Source of the DNA: a virus
DNA: 64,000 nt
IMG/VR virus record: IMGVR_UViG_3300023179_000080
Location: 10,284 to 74,283 of that record
Direction: 5' to 3' (one strand)
Under the pieces are notes generated by a model. The model was given only the letters and a program-made list of their open reading frames with translations. It was not told the DNA's origin and searched no databases. Shown here one piece after another: positions 16,966-25,748 of this stretch (its first letter is position 1; every line of letters begins with the position of its first letter). A program made the position numbers and the translations under genes.

Positions 16966-17235
16966 ATGGGTGCCTATTTCAACCGCAGCGGCAAAATATT
17001 CCTCGGCCTGATGGGAGTTCAGCTCCTCAGTGCGATCTACGATGCATACAGACAATCAGCCGACGCAGCTGCGAATCCGACTCGCGACATGGATGATGAA
17101 TCAAAAGTCCTGTACTATACACTGCTGCAGTTCCGCCGCAATGATGATTGGTCAGGCTACAACAAGTTCTGCGATCAATGCACTCCCCCCGTTCCCATGG
17201 ACGAGCGCCTTCGTATGTGGGAACGCCTTGCTTGA
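16966..17235 (+). CDS. hypothetical protein
   Basis: ORF downstream of the IS; its promoter is split by the IS. Confidence 0.6.
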   Translation: MGAYFNRSGKIFLGLMGVQLLSAIYDAYRQSADAAANPTRDMDDESKVLYYTLLQFRRNDDWSGYNKFCDQCTPPVPMDERLRMWERLA

Positions 17236-17336
17236 GTCGTTGACAGTGAAAGGGTACACTGAGAGTATGAGAGTATGAGAGATCTGAGCTTCAGCGACTT
17301 CCTCCACAACATCTCGGTCCGAGAGGACGGTGGCCA

Positions 17337-17558
17337 ATGACCTGGGACTACCGCGTCCTGTCCCGGACCACTGCGTCGGGCGGGGAGACCTGGTTGGGCA
17401 TCTACGAGGTCTACTACGACGCAGACGGCAACCCCGTGAACTGCTCGGAGACCGAGGTGTCCCCCTACGGCGAGACTCTGGAGGAGCTCCTTGCCGACCT
17501 GAAGAGGTTCACTGCGGCAGTGGAGAAACCCGTGCTTCGGTGGGAGGACTTCACCTGA
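17337..17558 (+). CDS. conserved phage hypothetical protein
   Basis: MTWDYRV...IYEVYYD..G...P.GETLEEL..DL..AVEKPVL. Confidence 0.8.
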   Translation: MTWDYRVLSRTTASGGETWLGIYEVYYDADGNPVNCSETEVSPYGETLEELLADLKRFTAAVEKPVLRWEDFT

Positions 17559-17594
17559 GCGCAGAGTCGATCATGAAAGAGGTACAGTAAGGAC

Positions 17595-17795
17595 ATGGAT
17601 AAGATCAACAAGTTCTTCGACTCAGACTTGCCTGGTGTCTTGCTCATCATGGGCGGGCCGCTCCTCGCAGTGATGTTTGTTGCCCCAGATGCTCGGACGG
17701 GTGTCACTGCAGTCGGGGTCGCGTGCACTATTCCCTTCATTGCTGCGATCGTCTTCCGCACTGTGCTGGCAATCGTTGGGAGCGAAGATCGCTGA
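17595..17795 (+). CDS. small membrane protein
   Basis: AAGGA RBS; two TM segments. Confidence 0.65.
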   Translation: MDKINKFFDSDLPGVLLIMGGPLLAVMFVAPDARTGVTAVGVACTIPFIAAIVFRTVLAIVGSEDR

Positions 17796-17835
17796 CCCAG
17801 TGCAAAGTCGCCCTCGAACGTGGTATGGTTAACTC

Positions 17836-19053
17836 ATGATAGCGATTGTGAAGGACGGGCGCCGGCCCATCAAGATGTGGGTCGAGGGTGTTCCTGTCGA
17901 AGAGCAGGCCGTACAGCAGCTCGAGCGGATTGCAGCTCTTCCCTTCGTCGGCCCGCACGTGGCAGTGATGCCCGACGTGCACCTGGGCAAAGGCGCGACG
18001 GTGGGCTCTGCGGTCCCGACGTCGGGTGCGGTGGTGCCCGCGGCGGTCGGAGTCGACATCGGCTGTGGGATGATCGCCGTGCGCACGTCGATGACGTCGC
18101 ACGATCTGCCTGATGACCTGTCGGGCCTGCGATCGGCGATCGAGGCCGCGGTTCCCCACGGTCGAACGGACGACGGAGGTCGCCACGATCGAGGCCGGTG
18201 GGGTGACGTGCCTGACACGGTGGCTTCGGTTTGGACGGACCTCCAGCCCGGTTGGCAGCGGATCCTCGAGAAGCACCCGAAGGTCCACGGCCGGTCGGGA
18301 GTCACGGCGGAGCACTTGGGCACGCTGGGGACGGGCAACCACTTCATCGAGCTGTGCCTCGACGAGGCTGACCGCGTCTGGGTGATGCTGCACTCGGGCT
18401 CGCGAGGGGTGGGCAACCGCATCGGCTCCTACTTCATCGAGCGTGCGAAGGAGGAGATGAAACGGTGGTACATCAACCTGCCCGACCAGGACCTTGCTTA
18501 CCTGCCCGAGGGCTCGCAGCTCTTCGGAGACTACGTTGAGGCGGTGGGTTGGGCTCAGGAGTACGCATCTGCCAACCGCCAGCTCATGTTGGCGGCTGCC
18601 GTCCGCGCGATGAAGGGCCACCTCCGGCCCAAGTTCGACCTGACGGACGATGCGGTGAACTGCCACCACAACTACATCTCCAAGGAGCACCACTTCGGCG
18701 AGAACCTGTGGGTGACGCGGAAGGGTGCCGTGTCGGCACGCGCCGGCCAGATGGGCATCATCCCGGGTTCCATGGGAACGCGGTCGTACATCGTCCGGGG
18801 CAAGGGCAACGCGGACTCACTGTGCTCGTGCTCGCACGGTGCGGGTCGCCGGATGTCCCGAGCAGAGGCACAGCGGACGTTCACGCTGGCGGACCACCGT
18901 GCTGCCACGGAGGGTGTCGAGTGCCGCAAGGACCGCGAGGTGATCGACGAGACGCCCGCCGCGTACAAGGACATCGATCAGGTGATGGCAGCGCAGGCCG
19001 ACCTCGTCGAGGTCGTGCACACGCTCAAACAAGTGCTCTGCGTGAAAGGCTGA
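17836..19053 (+). CDS. rtcB: RtcB RNA ligase
   Basis: MPDVHLGKG, VGVDIGCG, LGTLGTGNHFIE, HSGSRG, HNY, SCSHGAGR, DETPAAYKDI. Confidence 0.97.
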   Translation: MIAIVKDGRRPIKMWVEGVPVEEQAVQQLERIAALPFVGPHVAVMPDVHLGKGATVGSAVPTSGAVVPAAVGVDIGCGMIAVRTSMTSHDLPDDLSGLRSAIEAAVPHGRTDDGGRHDRGRWGDVPDTVASVWTDLQPGWQRILEKHPKVHGRSGVTAEHLGTLGTGNHFIELCLDEADRVWVMLHSGSRGVGNRIGSYFIERAKEEMKRWYINLPDQDLAYLPEGSQLFGDYVEAVGWAQEYASANRQLMLAAAVRAMKGHLRPKFDLTDDAVNCHHNYISKEHHFGENLWVTRKGAVSARAGQMGIIPGSMGTRSYIVRGKGNADSLCSCSHGAGRRMSRAEAQRTFTLADHRAATEGVECRKDREVIDETPAAYKDIDQVMAAQADLVEVVHTLKQVLCVKG

Positions 19054-19165
19054 TGCAATCGAATCGACCGTCCAATGAAAAGGACGGTCGAATTTTGCTG
19101 AATATTCTCATGCCATTCGTGTCCCACAAGTGCAATGTCAACCATCCCCGTGGTAAGGTGTTCTC

Positions 19166-19504
19166 ATGATGCGTGAATGTATCGAATGCGGTTGTAAGTT
19201 CGACCCCAACTCCCCCGCCAAGCGTCGTGCCGGCGGCCTCATCACCACGTGTGCCGAGTGCTCCGACGAGCCCGCGGTCAAGTACCTCGGCCTCGCCAAC
19301 GGCGACGGCAAGCAGGCGTCGGTCACGGTACTTGCCTTCTCGTCGACCGCCGATCGTGAGCGCTACTCTTCCTTCTACCGAAATAATGCCGGCTACCATC
19401 GTGGTCGCAGTTGTCAACTGGGTGCTCACCTATCCACCGACCCAGGTGTACACTTTCGCACTATTTCTCAAGACTCTCCTCGCAATCACAAAGGCCGCCT
19501 TTAG
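19166..19504 (+). CDS. Zn-finger hypothetical protein
   Basis: CIEC...CAEC; early promoter at 19130. Confidence 0.75.
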   Translation: MMRECIECGCKFDPNSPAKRRAGGLITTCAECSDEPAVKYLGLANGDGKQASVTVLAFSSTADRERYSSFYRNNAGYHRGRSCQLGAHLSTDPGVHFRTISQDSPRNHKGRL

Positions 19505-20264
19505 TCTGATCAAGTTGTTTCAGCTTTCGTGAAGCCCACATTCGTTTTGAATTACAACTTTTACACAAGCCATTCACGCGCGGCGGCTTTCTGGTGACAA
19601 TCTTAATTTTTGTTACAATTTTATTGCAATCCTTGCAGTTGTAACTAAATTCTTCTGTATTGTTGTGGGATCTTCCAGCTTTATCGGCGCGCTCAATCAA
19701 AGAATTAGATATTTTCTTCTTGGTTTCTTCAGAAATTATCCTCTTTTTTCCTCTGTGACATGCAGCTAATCTTTCGATCCGTAAAGCCTTTTCTTCTTCC
19801 GAATATGCACCCCAGCGAGATCTTGTCTGTTCTGCCAGCTTTGCTTTTGCTTCTGGATTTGAAAACTGACGTTTTGCAGCTTCACTGATTTTCTTTTTCG
19901 TTTCTTCGGATAGCTTGATTCCCAATCTTGCCTTGCTCATCTTTTCTCTTGTCTCTTTTGTGGGATTAATCCCACCCGCTCCTCCTTCGTTCATGTTGTA
20001 AAGAATGATTCCTTCAGAAAGCTTTTGCTTGATCAGCCTGTGCTCTTCGGCAAATGCTTCTGCTTCAGACTCATGTTCACTCACAACTTCAAAGGTGAAG
20101 TTTTCAACACCGTGTTTGTGAATTGCAGCATGAACAACTTGTCGAAAAGATTTCCTGTGCTGATCTGCAACAAAATGTCCTTTTTTTCTTGATTCAGGAT
20201 CTTTCGTTTTTCCGACATACTGTTTGCCGTTTACTAGGCATGTTATAACATAAACATAGTTCAT
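19461..20264 (-). CDS. GIY-YIG homing endonuclease with NUMOD3 repeats
   Basis: YVYVIT..NGKQYVGKT..R...H; YNMNEGG; SEETKKKIS repeats; AT-rich. Confidence 0.9.
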   Translation of the reverse strand: MNYVYVITCLVNGKQYVGKTKDPESRKKGHFVADQHRKSFRQVVHAAIHKHGVENFTFEVVSEHESEAEAFAEEHRLIKQKLSEGIILYNMNEGGAGGINPTKETREKMSKARLGIKLSEETKKKISEAAKRQFSNPEAKAKLAEQTRSRWGAYSEEEKALRIERLAACHRGKKRIISEETKKKISNSLIERADKAGRSHNNTEEFSYNCKDCNKIVTKIKIVTRKPPRVNGLCKSCNSKRMWASRKLKQLDQTKGGLCDCEESLEK

Positions 20265-20357
20265 GCATATAAGTATGTGTACGGCAACAAAACAGGATAC
20301 CATAGGGGATAATATGCTGTTGTCAGTATATACCGCCACCAACCATAAGGGGCGCAT

Positions 20358-20672
20358 GTGAATCGAGTCCCTTCGGGTTCACTGTGGCGTGTCCGGAGCG
20401 CGTGGCTGCTCCACACAAAGGACACCGAGATGTTCACACGTGAGCTGATGGGCTTCACCCTGCCTGAGCCAGCGATCCTCAACAATCCCGAGAACAGATT
20501 CGTGCGGATATCTGTCGGCACGGTCCTCCTGGTGGGGGAGACCGTGAATCGCTCGACAGGTACGGACTTGCAGCGACATCAACAGTTTGTCCACGTCCTC
20601 ATGCCGCAGATGTGTTATCTCAACCGCTCGTACTTCAACACCGGCATGGACACGCTAGAGAGGATCTCATGA
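20358..20672 (+). CDS. SH3-like hypothetical protein (paralog of 6808..7152)
   Basis: VPSGSLWRV...HQQFVHVLMP..LNRSYFN..LERI. Confidence 0.7.
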   Translation: MNRVPSGSLWRVRSAWLLHTKDTEMFTRELMGFTLPEPAILNNPENRFVRISVGTVLLVGETVNRSTGTDLQRHQQFVHVLMPQMCYLNRSYFNTGMDTLERIS

Positions 20673-20935
20673 GAGGCAGTAAGATGGCTGAGAAAAATGT
20701 GAAACTTGTAGTGCCCCTGGTGAGGTCACGGCACGTTGACGAAGTGATCAGGGAAAGAATCGGTGATTTCATTTCCAGATGGGACCCAGACAGGACAATG
20801 AGCGCTGAGGCTTTCATCAGCTATCTCGTGCACAGCACCGATGCATGGGAAGAACTCTCGCGGTGGCGCATGGAGGCAAGGACTGAGGGACTCAGGCGCT
20901 ACGAGATGTCCAAAGATTACACACCAAACTTCTAA
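20669..20935 (+). CDS. hypothetical protein
   Basis: ATGA overlap. Confidence 0.6.
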   Translation: MRGSKMAEKNVKLVVPLVRSRHVDEVIRERIGDFISRWDPDRTMSAEAFISYLVHSTDAWEELSRWRMEARTEGLRRYEMSKDYTPNF

Positions 20936-20990
20936 TCTGTAACTAAAAGTTTAAACTGGCGTAACACGACATGCAATAATTACTTTCATC

Positions 20991-21794
20991 ATGAAGCGTT
21001 ACGCCTGGTGCAGCGACATCCACATGGACATCTCGTGGCTTCCCTTCCTGAAGCGCCTGTATGCCATGAACCTCGAGCGCGCCGGGGCTGACGGGCTCTT
21101 CCTCACGGGGGACGTATCTTCGGGACCGTTCATCGAGTCCGACCTTGCCTTCATCGCGAAGCACTTCAAGGGACCTGTCTACTTCGTGCTCGGCAATCAC
21201 GACTACTATGGCCGCCACATCGAGTCGGTCCACGACGATGTGCGCAGAGTGTGCAGGAAGCACTCGAACCTGCACTGGATGACAGATCAAGACATCGTGT
21301 CCCTCGAGGAGGACGTCGCGCTCATCGGTACCGAGGGCTGGTATGACGGCAGGCTCGGACTGCCCGACCACCTGCGCTGGACCCTGGATCGCGCCGTGGT
21401 GATTGACTTCTTTCACATGTCCTCCATGGAAGAGCGCATTGAAGCCTGGCGCGCCATGGCAGACAGGTCTGCCGACATCATAGGTGAACGCCTCGAGCGA
21501 GCACTACAGACCCACAAGACAGTGTACATCCTCACTCACTTCCCACCGTGGGGTGAGGCCACGACTGCCTCGGGCACGAAGCAGGCAGACTTTTGGTTGC
21601 CCTACAACACGAACTTCACACTGGGCCAACGGATTGAAGAGGTGATGCAGGGGCGTAAGAAGAAGCGCTGCATCGTGCTTGCTGGTCATACCCACTATCC
21701 ATGCAGAGTCCGTGTCAGCAACTCTGTGGAGTGCATGGTTGCTCGAGCAAAGTACTTCGGAGAGATTCGACCCGAAGAGACACTTGTTGTATAA
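20991..21794 (+). CDS. calcineurin-like metallophosphoesterase
   Basis: SDIH, TGDVS, VLGNHDYY, THFPP, GHTH. Confidence 0.93.
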   Translation: MKRYAWCSDIHMDISWLPFLKRLYAMNLERAGADGLFLTGDVSSGPFIESDLAFIAKHFKGPVYFVLGNHDYYGRHIESVHDDVRRVCRKHSNLHWMTDQDIVSLEEDVALIGTEGWYDGRLGLPDHLRWTLDRAVVIDFFHMSSMEERIEAWRAMADRSADIIGERLERALQTHKTVYILTHFPPWGEATTASGTKQADFWLPYNTNFTLGQRIEEVMQGRKKKRCIVLAGHTHYPCRVRVSNSVECMVARAKYFGEIRPEETLVV

Positions 21795-21823
21795 CTTGCG
21801 GCTTGCATGTTATTTTTCTCTCT

Positions 21824-22153
21824 ATGAAGAAGAGCAAACTGCTAAAGATGATCCGCGGTCTTGAGAATCAGGTTCTATTTCTCAGATCAAGAATCGAATT
21901 TCTTGAGGAAGAAAATGACAAGCCTTCTCCCGTGCTGGAAGCCACAATTAGACCTGTGACACCAGTGTCACAGCTTGAATGGCCTTCAGACAGAGTTCGT
22001 AGCCGCTGCGGATCTTGTGGAATTGAGAGAGCAGAGATGCTCGATAGATGCCAGAAGTCTGATTGTCCGTTTGTGCCGCAACAGTCCCGAGACTCAACGG
22101 GAACTCCACACTACGTCGATCTATTTGAGACTACATGTAATACTCAAATTTAG
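21824..22153 (+). CDS. hypothetical protein (coiled coil + Zn finger)
   Basis: CGSC..C..DCP. Confidence 0.6.
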   Translation: MKKSKLLKMIRGLENQVLFLRSRIEFLEEENDKPSPVLEATIRPVTPVSQLEWPSDRVRSRCGSCGIERAEMLDRCQKSDCPFVPQQSRDSTGTPHYVDLFETTCNTQI

Positions 22154-22277
22154 ATCCCGATGTTGTGGGTGTCGTTTGACAGAGGCCATGCTAGCATGAT
22201 CGTAAGAACCGAAAATTCATTCGGTCAGCACACGATGATCTTATACACCGCGGTGCTGGTGTGAAATATTACCCGCA

Positions 22278-22553
22278 ATGCGACTTTTCCCACCAGTAGG
22301 AAGTCTAGTGTGTCTCAAAATAAATTTTGAGCCAACCCTGTACGATTGCTGGGATTCAAGCGCAAAAAATATTGGTTCTTTTTGCTATGCAGATCTCGGC
22401 GTAGTTCTCCAAACTGGTAGCTATATTGTCCCGTACGAAGAACTTGATGATCTCACTGAAGATCTTCCGAAGACCCGTGACGCAATTAAAGTCCTCACTT
22501 CACGAGGGATCGTGGGGTGGACACACGTCGAATACCTGAGAGTCATAACATGA
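22278..22553 (+). CDS. SH3-like small protein
   Basis: PVGSLV..DLGVVL..IKVLTSRGIVGW. Confidence 0.7.
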   Translation: MRLFPPVGSLVCLKINFEPTLYDCWDSSAKNIGSFCYADLGVVLQTGSYIVPYEELDDLTEDLPKTRDAIKVLTSRGIVGWTHVEYLRVIT

Positions 22554-22744
22554 ATATCAACGATTTTAACCCACTGCAAGTTGAACAAGAGGGTGATACC
22601 GGGAGATGGGTCCTGTACATTGCTGATCCTCGACAACCTGATCTTTCATTCGTAGTTTTTCACCGTGGGACAAAAGAAGACTGTGAGATGCTCAAAGAGT
22701 TTGGGAATGAGCTCTTGCAAATTAATCTTGCGTTGTCTAGTTGA
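22550..22744 (+). CDS. hypothetical protein
   Basis: ATGA overlap. Confidence 0.6.
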   Translation: MNINDFNPLQVEQEGDTGRWVLYIADPRQPDLSFVVFHRGTKEDCEMLKEFGNELLQINLALSS

Positions 22745-22779
22745 AAAGTACCATCTGAATTGACTAGTATGCTAACACG

Positions 22780-23799
22780 ATGCTTGGATCAGGGTTGACT
22801 TCGGTCGTAGGGTTTGTGGGAATCATCGGCACTAGCCTATTCTCAGTTTGGGCTGTGTTGCGTTACATCTTGCTGGGGACGTATCGTCTTAGTGGTGATA
22901 CATCAAAGCGGATGATCGATAAAATCATGAAAGATTCATCTTGGAAGTGGGTACTGTCGGGTGAACTTGTTGAACCGCCACGATACCCTGAGACCTTTGA
23001 ATCGATCGTCATCATGGGCGGAGCTCCGTTCTTCTTTGCAAGAAGTGAACGTTTGCTCACAGCAGGGTGGAAAAGCAAGGAAGACGTTAGTTCGATCATC
23101 TTCCTGCGTTGGCAGAGAAAAAAAATTGAGACGATCTTGTCAAGCAAGATCGGATACGGAAACATCCCAATCTGCGCACTCACGCCAAGCGACCCTGATC
23201 GATTGGGTGAATTGACACCTGATCCTGATGCACGAGTGTATCTAAACGAAGGGTCTTACGAGGACATCGAAGAAGACGTTCGAAAGCTTGTCAACGGTGA
23301 GATCAATAAGACAAGTTGCCTGTTGCATGGTGCTCCAGGTAACGGTAAGTCTCAATTTGTCAAGTACCTCGCCAAGAAATACACTCTGCCGATCTATGTG
23401 GTCTATCTGAACCCAGACTATGACAATCTTTCGGTGGCACGCATGTTCTCTGAGATTCCGCGGAGGTGTATCGTTTTGATGGAGGACTTTGACACCCTAT
23501 TCACCGGTCGTGACTGTTCTATGAAGAATGACCAGGTGCGATTTACCTTCGACGCTATCATCAACGCACTTGATGGTGTGCACAATGATTATCGGGGTGT
23601 CGTTTTTGTCATGACTGCAAACGACGTCAGCAAGATTGATGACTCTCTCAAGAAGAGACCTTCACGGTTCAAGTATGTTCGTGAATTCTCAAATCCTGAC
23701 AGTAGTCTACGTATGAAGATCCTAAACGACGAGACTGCTGTCAAAGAGACTGAAGGAATGACTCTTGATTCTGTGTTTTCATACAGCTCGAATCTTTAG
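22780..23799 (+). CDS. membrane-anchored AAA ATPase (BCS1-like)
   Basis: N-terminal TM; Walker A GAPGNGKS; Walker B MEDFD; INALDG; KRPSR. Confidence 0.88.
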   Translation: MLGSGLTSVVGFVGIIGTSLFSVWAVLRYILLGTYRLSGDTSKRMIDKIMKDSSWKWVLSGELVEPPRYPETFESIVIMGGAPFFFARSERLLTAGWKSKEDVSSIIFLRWQRKKIETILSSKIGYGNIPICALTPSDPDRLGELTPDPDARVYLNEGSYEDIEEDVRKLVNGEINKTSCLLHGAPGNGKSQFVKYLAKKYTLPIYVVYLNPDYDNLSVARMFSEIPRRCIVLMEDFDTLFTGRDCSMKNDQVRFTFDAIINALDGVHNDYRGVVFVMTANDVSKIDDSLKKRPSRFKYVREFSNPDSSLRMKILNDETAVKETEGMTLDSVFSYSSNL

Positions 23800-23869
23800 A
23801 GTCCCGATGAAGATACCAATTGCGATCGACACAACGATCATATTTGCCAAAAGCATGGAATAGAATCTA

Positions 23870-24259
23870 CTATATGTCCAGCGTCTTTGGATAGCCTTTT
23901 TCACCCGGGCGTTTTGGTCTCTTACCAGCACGTCGACGTGCCCAAATATTTGCCCACAACCCGCGCTTCTTCTTTTTGCCCTCTGAGACAGGCACTGTTG
24001 ACTGCGTGAGGGTCTGGATTCCTTGCGAGGCTTCATGGTCAGTCTGCGGTTCTAAATACCCAAAGACGTCGTTAAGATCTGTGTAGGCTCTCATGATTTT
24101 AGCCTGCACCCACGAAGGAAGCTCATCCTCACAGTTCAACATGTCCAACATCATTTCAGTGATGTCATTGAGACGATGTAGTTGGCTCATTGCCATTCCA
24201 CCCTCATGGTCTTCTTCACCCCAGCCCCAATCTTTCTTCTCGTTAATGCTTTTCTTCAT
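23870..24259 (-). CDS. conserved myovirus hypothetical (putative virion) protein
   Basis: DHEGGMA.SQL...LPSWVQAKI; GLWANI..RR..G..KGYP. Confidence 0.75.
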   Translation of the reverse strand: MKKSINEKKDWGWGEEDHEGGMAMSQLHRLNDITEMMLDMLNCEDELPSWVQAKIMRAYTDLNDVFGYLEPQTDHEASQGIQTLTQSTVPVSEGKKKKRGLWANIWARRRAGKRPKRPGEKGYPKTLDI

Positions 24260-24280
24260 GGTAAAACCATAACTATTATA

Positions 24281-24730
24281 ATGGGACTAGAAAGTACTAG
24301 ATCCGATTCAACAGGGTTGTTGCTCATCTCGAGCGTCGTCTTTGGTACATGTGCTACACTATTGAGAAAATTAGCCGCAGGCAAGATTCACCCATTCCAA
24401 TTTGAGGCAATTACCGGTACGACCCATGCGATCATTGGGTGGGTTTGCTTGTACTATGCAGTATCCAACAACCTCGTGGGAGAACCACGGGGTCTGGGTA
24501 TGTTGTGGGCAATGCTTCAAGCCATCTTTAGCTGTGCAATGGGAATATCATTCATGTACATGCTTCGTGCCGGCGCCGAGGTCGGATATTCATCAACCAT
24601 TAGTTCCACTGCAATGACTGCTCTTACGATACTCGGATCTCGTTTTATACTGGGGGAGGTCCTGACACCCAGGATGCTGTTAGGGGCAATCATAATGATT
24701 GTTGGTGTGGCCATCGCAACCTTCAAGTAA
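24281..24730 (+). CDS. EamA/DMT-family membrane protein
   Basis: 5 TM; ILGEVLT...LGAIIMIVGV. Confidence 0.75.
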   Translation: MGLESTRSDSTGLLLISSVVFGTCATLLRKLAAGKIHPFQFEAITGTTHAIIGWVCLYYAVSNNLVGEPRGLGMLWAMLQAIFSCAMGISFMYMLRAGAEVGYSSTISSTAMTALTILGSRFILGEVLTPRMLLGAIIMIVGVAIATFK

Positions 24731-24742
24731 TACTTAAAGTCC

Positions 24743-25189
24743 ATGAGTAATAAACCCTCCAAGTTACGAAGAATATTCAGCGAGGCACTGGATGAGGAAG
24801 CATGGCTGCCCGGGCGATGGTATCCTGATGGAGACCCAGTCGACCCCGACGAGATCGAGCTGATGGGGACCGACGGACTCGGGAAACCTGTTGAAGAAGA
24901 CGATGACCTCAACGAAGGTGTTCGTCTCACGGTCGATAATTTGCGTCGTACCACTTTCGACGTGGTCCAACGGAAATTCCCAGAGTTCGCTGCACAACTC
25001 ACGGGGAAATACGGGCCCCGGAGTCTTGCCACAGCGTCATTCGCCCTTGCTAGCCAAGGCTTCCTCGGCGGTAATGTTCCGCTCGTAGCATTCGCAGAGC
25101 GTGACCTCCCGATCGCTTATTGGGACGGAGACATGATCCGATACAACACTAGTACTTCTCTTGCTTCTGCCGTGGAGGACGCTCCTTGA
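24743..25189 (+). CDS. putative virion/internal protein
   Basis: LRRIFSEALDEE; ATACTTA upstream. Confidence 0.7.
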   Translation: MSNKPSKLRRIFSEALDEEAWLPGRWYPDGDPVDPDEIELMGTDGLGKPVEEDDDLNEGVRLTVDNLRRTTFDVVQRKFPEFAAQLTGKYGPRSLATASFALASQGFLGGNVPLVAFAERDLPIAYWDGDMIRYNTSTSLASAVEDAP

Positions 25190-25479
25190 GGATCACGATA
25201 GGAGAATTGAGGCAGATAATACGCTCTGTCCTGCTAGAGGGCCCACCGGGTGCATCGGGCACAGATCCGACGAAAGCCGATGGATTTTATCCGTATGAGC
25301 TTGAGCGCGGCACAGACATATTTGGATTCAAGCCCAGTTCCCCAGGTGACAAGGGTGATAATCCCATGCGGCCCGAGGACCCCGAAGAATACATCGGCTT
25401 CAAGACCAAGGGTGTTAGACCCGACGACGCCGCTGCGGAAGCAGCCCCACCGCCCGTGGGCGGAGAACCTCCTGCATAA
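25186..25479 (+). CDS. putative virion/internal protein
   Basis: (M)RITIGELRQIIRSVLLEG leader. Confidence 0.7.
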   Translation: MRITIGELRQIIRSVLLEGPPGASGTDPTKADGFYPYELERGTDIFGFKPSSPGDKGDNPMRPEDPEEYIGFKTKGVRPDDAAAEAAPPPVGGEPPA

Positions 25480-25532
25480 GCGTCCATGTTCTAAGTGTGT
25501 ACTCTTTCTTGACGCTTGTTTATGATTGTTCT

Positions 25533-25724
25533 ATGCTGAGCATTAGAGATTCAAAACATGTTGTCAAGAAGGTCGCATCGAAATCGTGGGAGATTGCCCG
25601 ATCTCCCAGGGTGGTGTCGTTCCTAAAGCTTGGAGTTGCACTGATTGGGGTCGTGCACGCGGTCGAGGAACTGCTGGAGACCCCGAAGAGTGGGAAGATT
25701 CCGATCGGTTTTCGAAAAGAATGA
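25533..25724 (+). CDS. hypothetical protein
   Basis: GTGTAC-N18-TATGAT-N6-ATG; C-terminal PIGF motif. Confidence 0.65.
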   Translation: MLSIRDSKHVVKKVASKSWEIARSPRVVSFLKLGVALIGVVHAVEELLETPKSGKIPIGFRKE

Positions 25725-25748
25725 TCCGCTGTGCTGCATATATAGATC

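Noticed and set aside
143-19169. Many long antisense or alternate-frame ORFs (e.g. 143..478-, 17737..18693-, 18549..19169+)
   Set aside because: Shadows of tRNAs or of GC3-biased real genes
19461-20357. Group I intron around the GIY-YIG gene
   Set aside because: Flanking ORFs are complete and unrelated, the gene is antisense, and no P7-like core was seen; treated as free-standing
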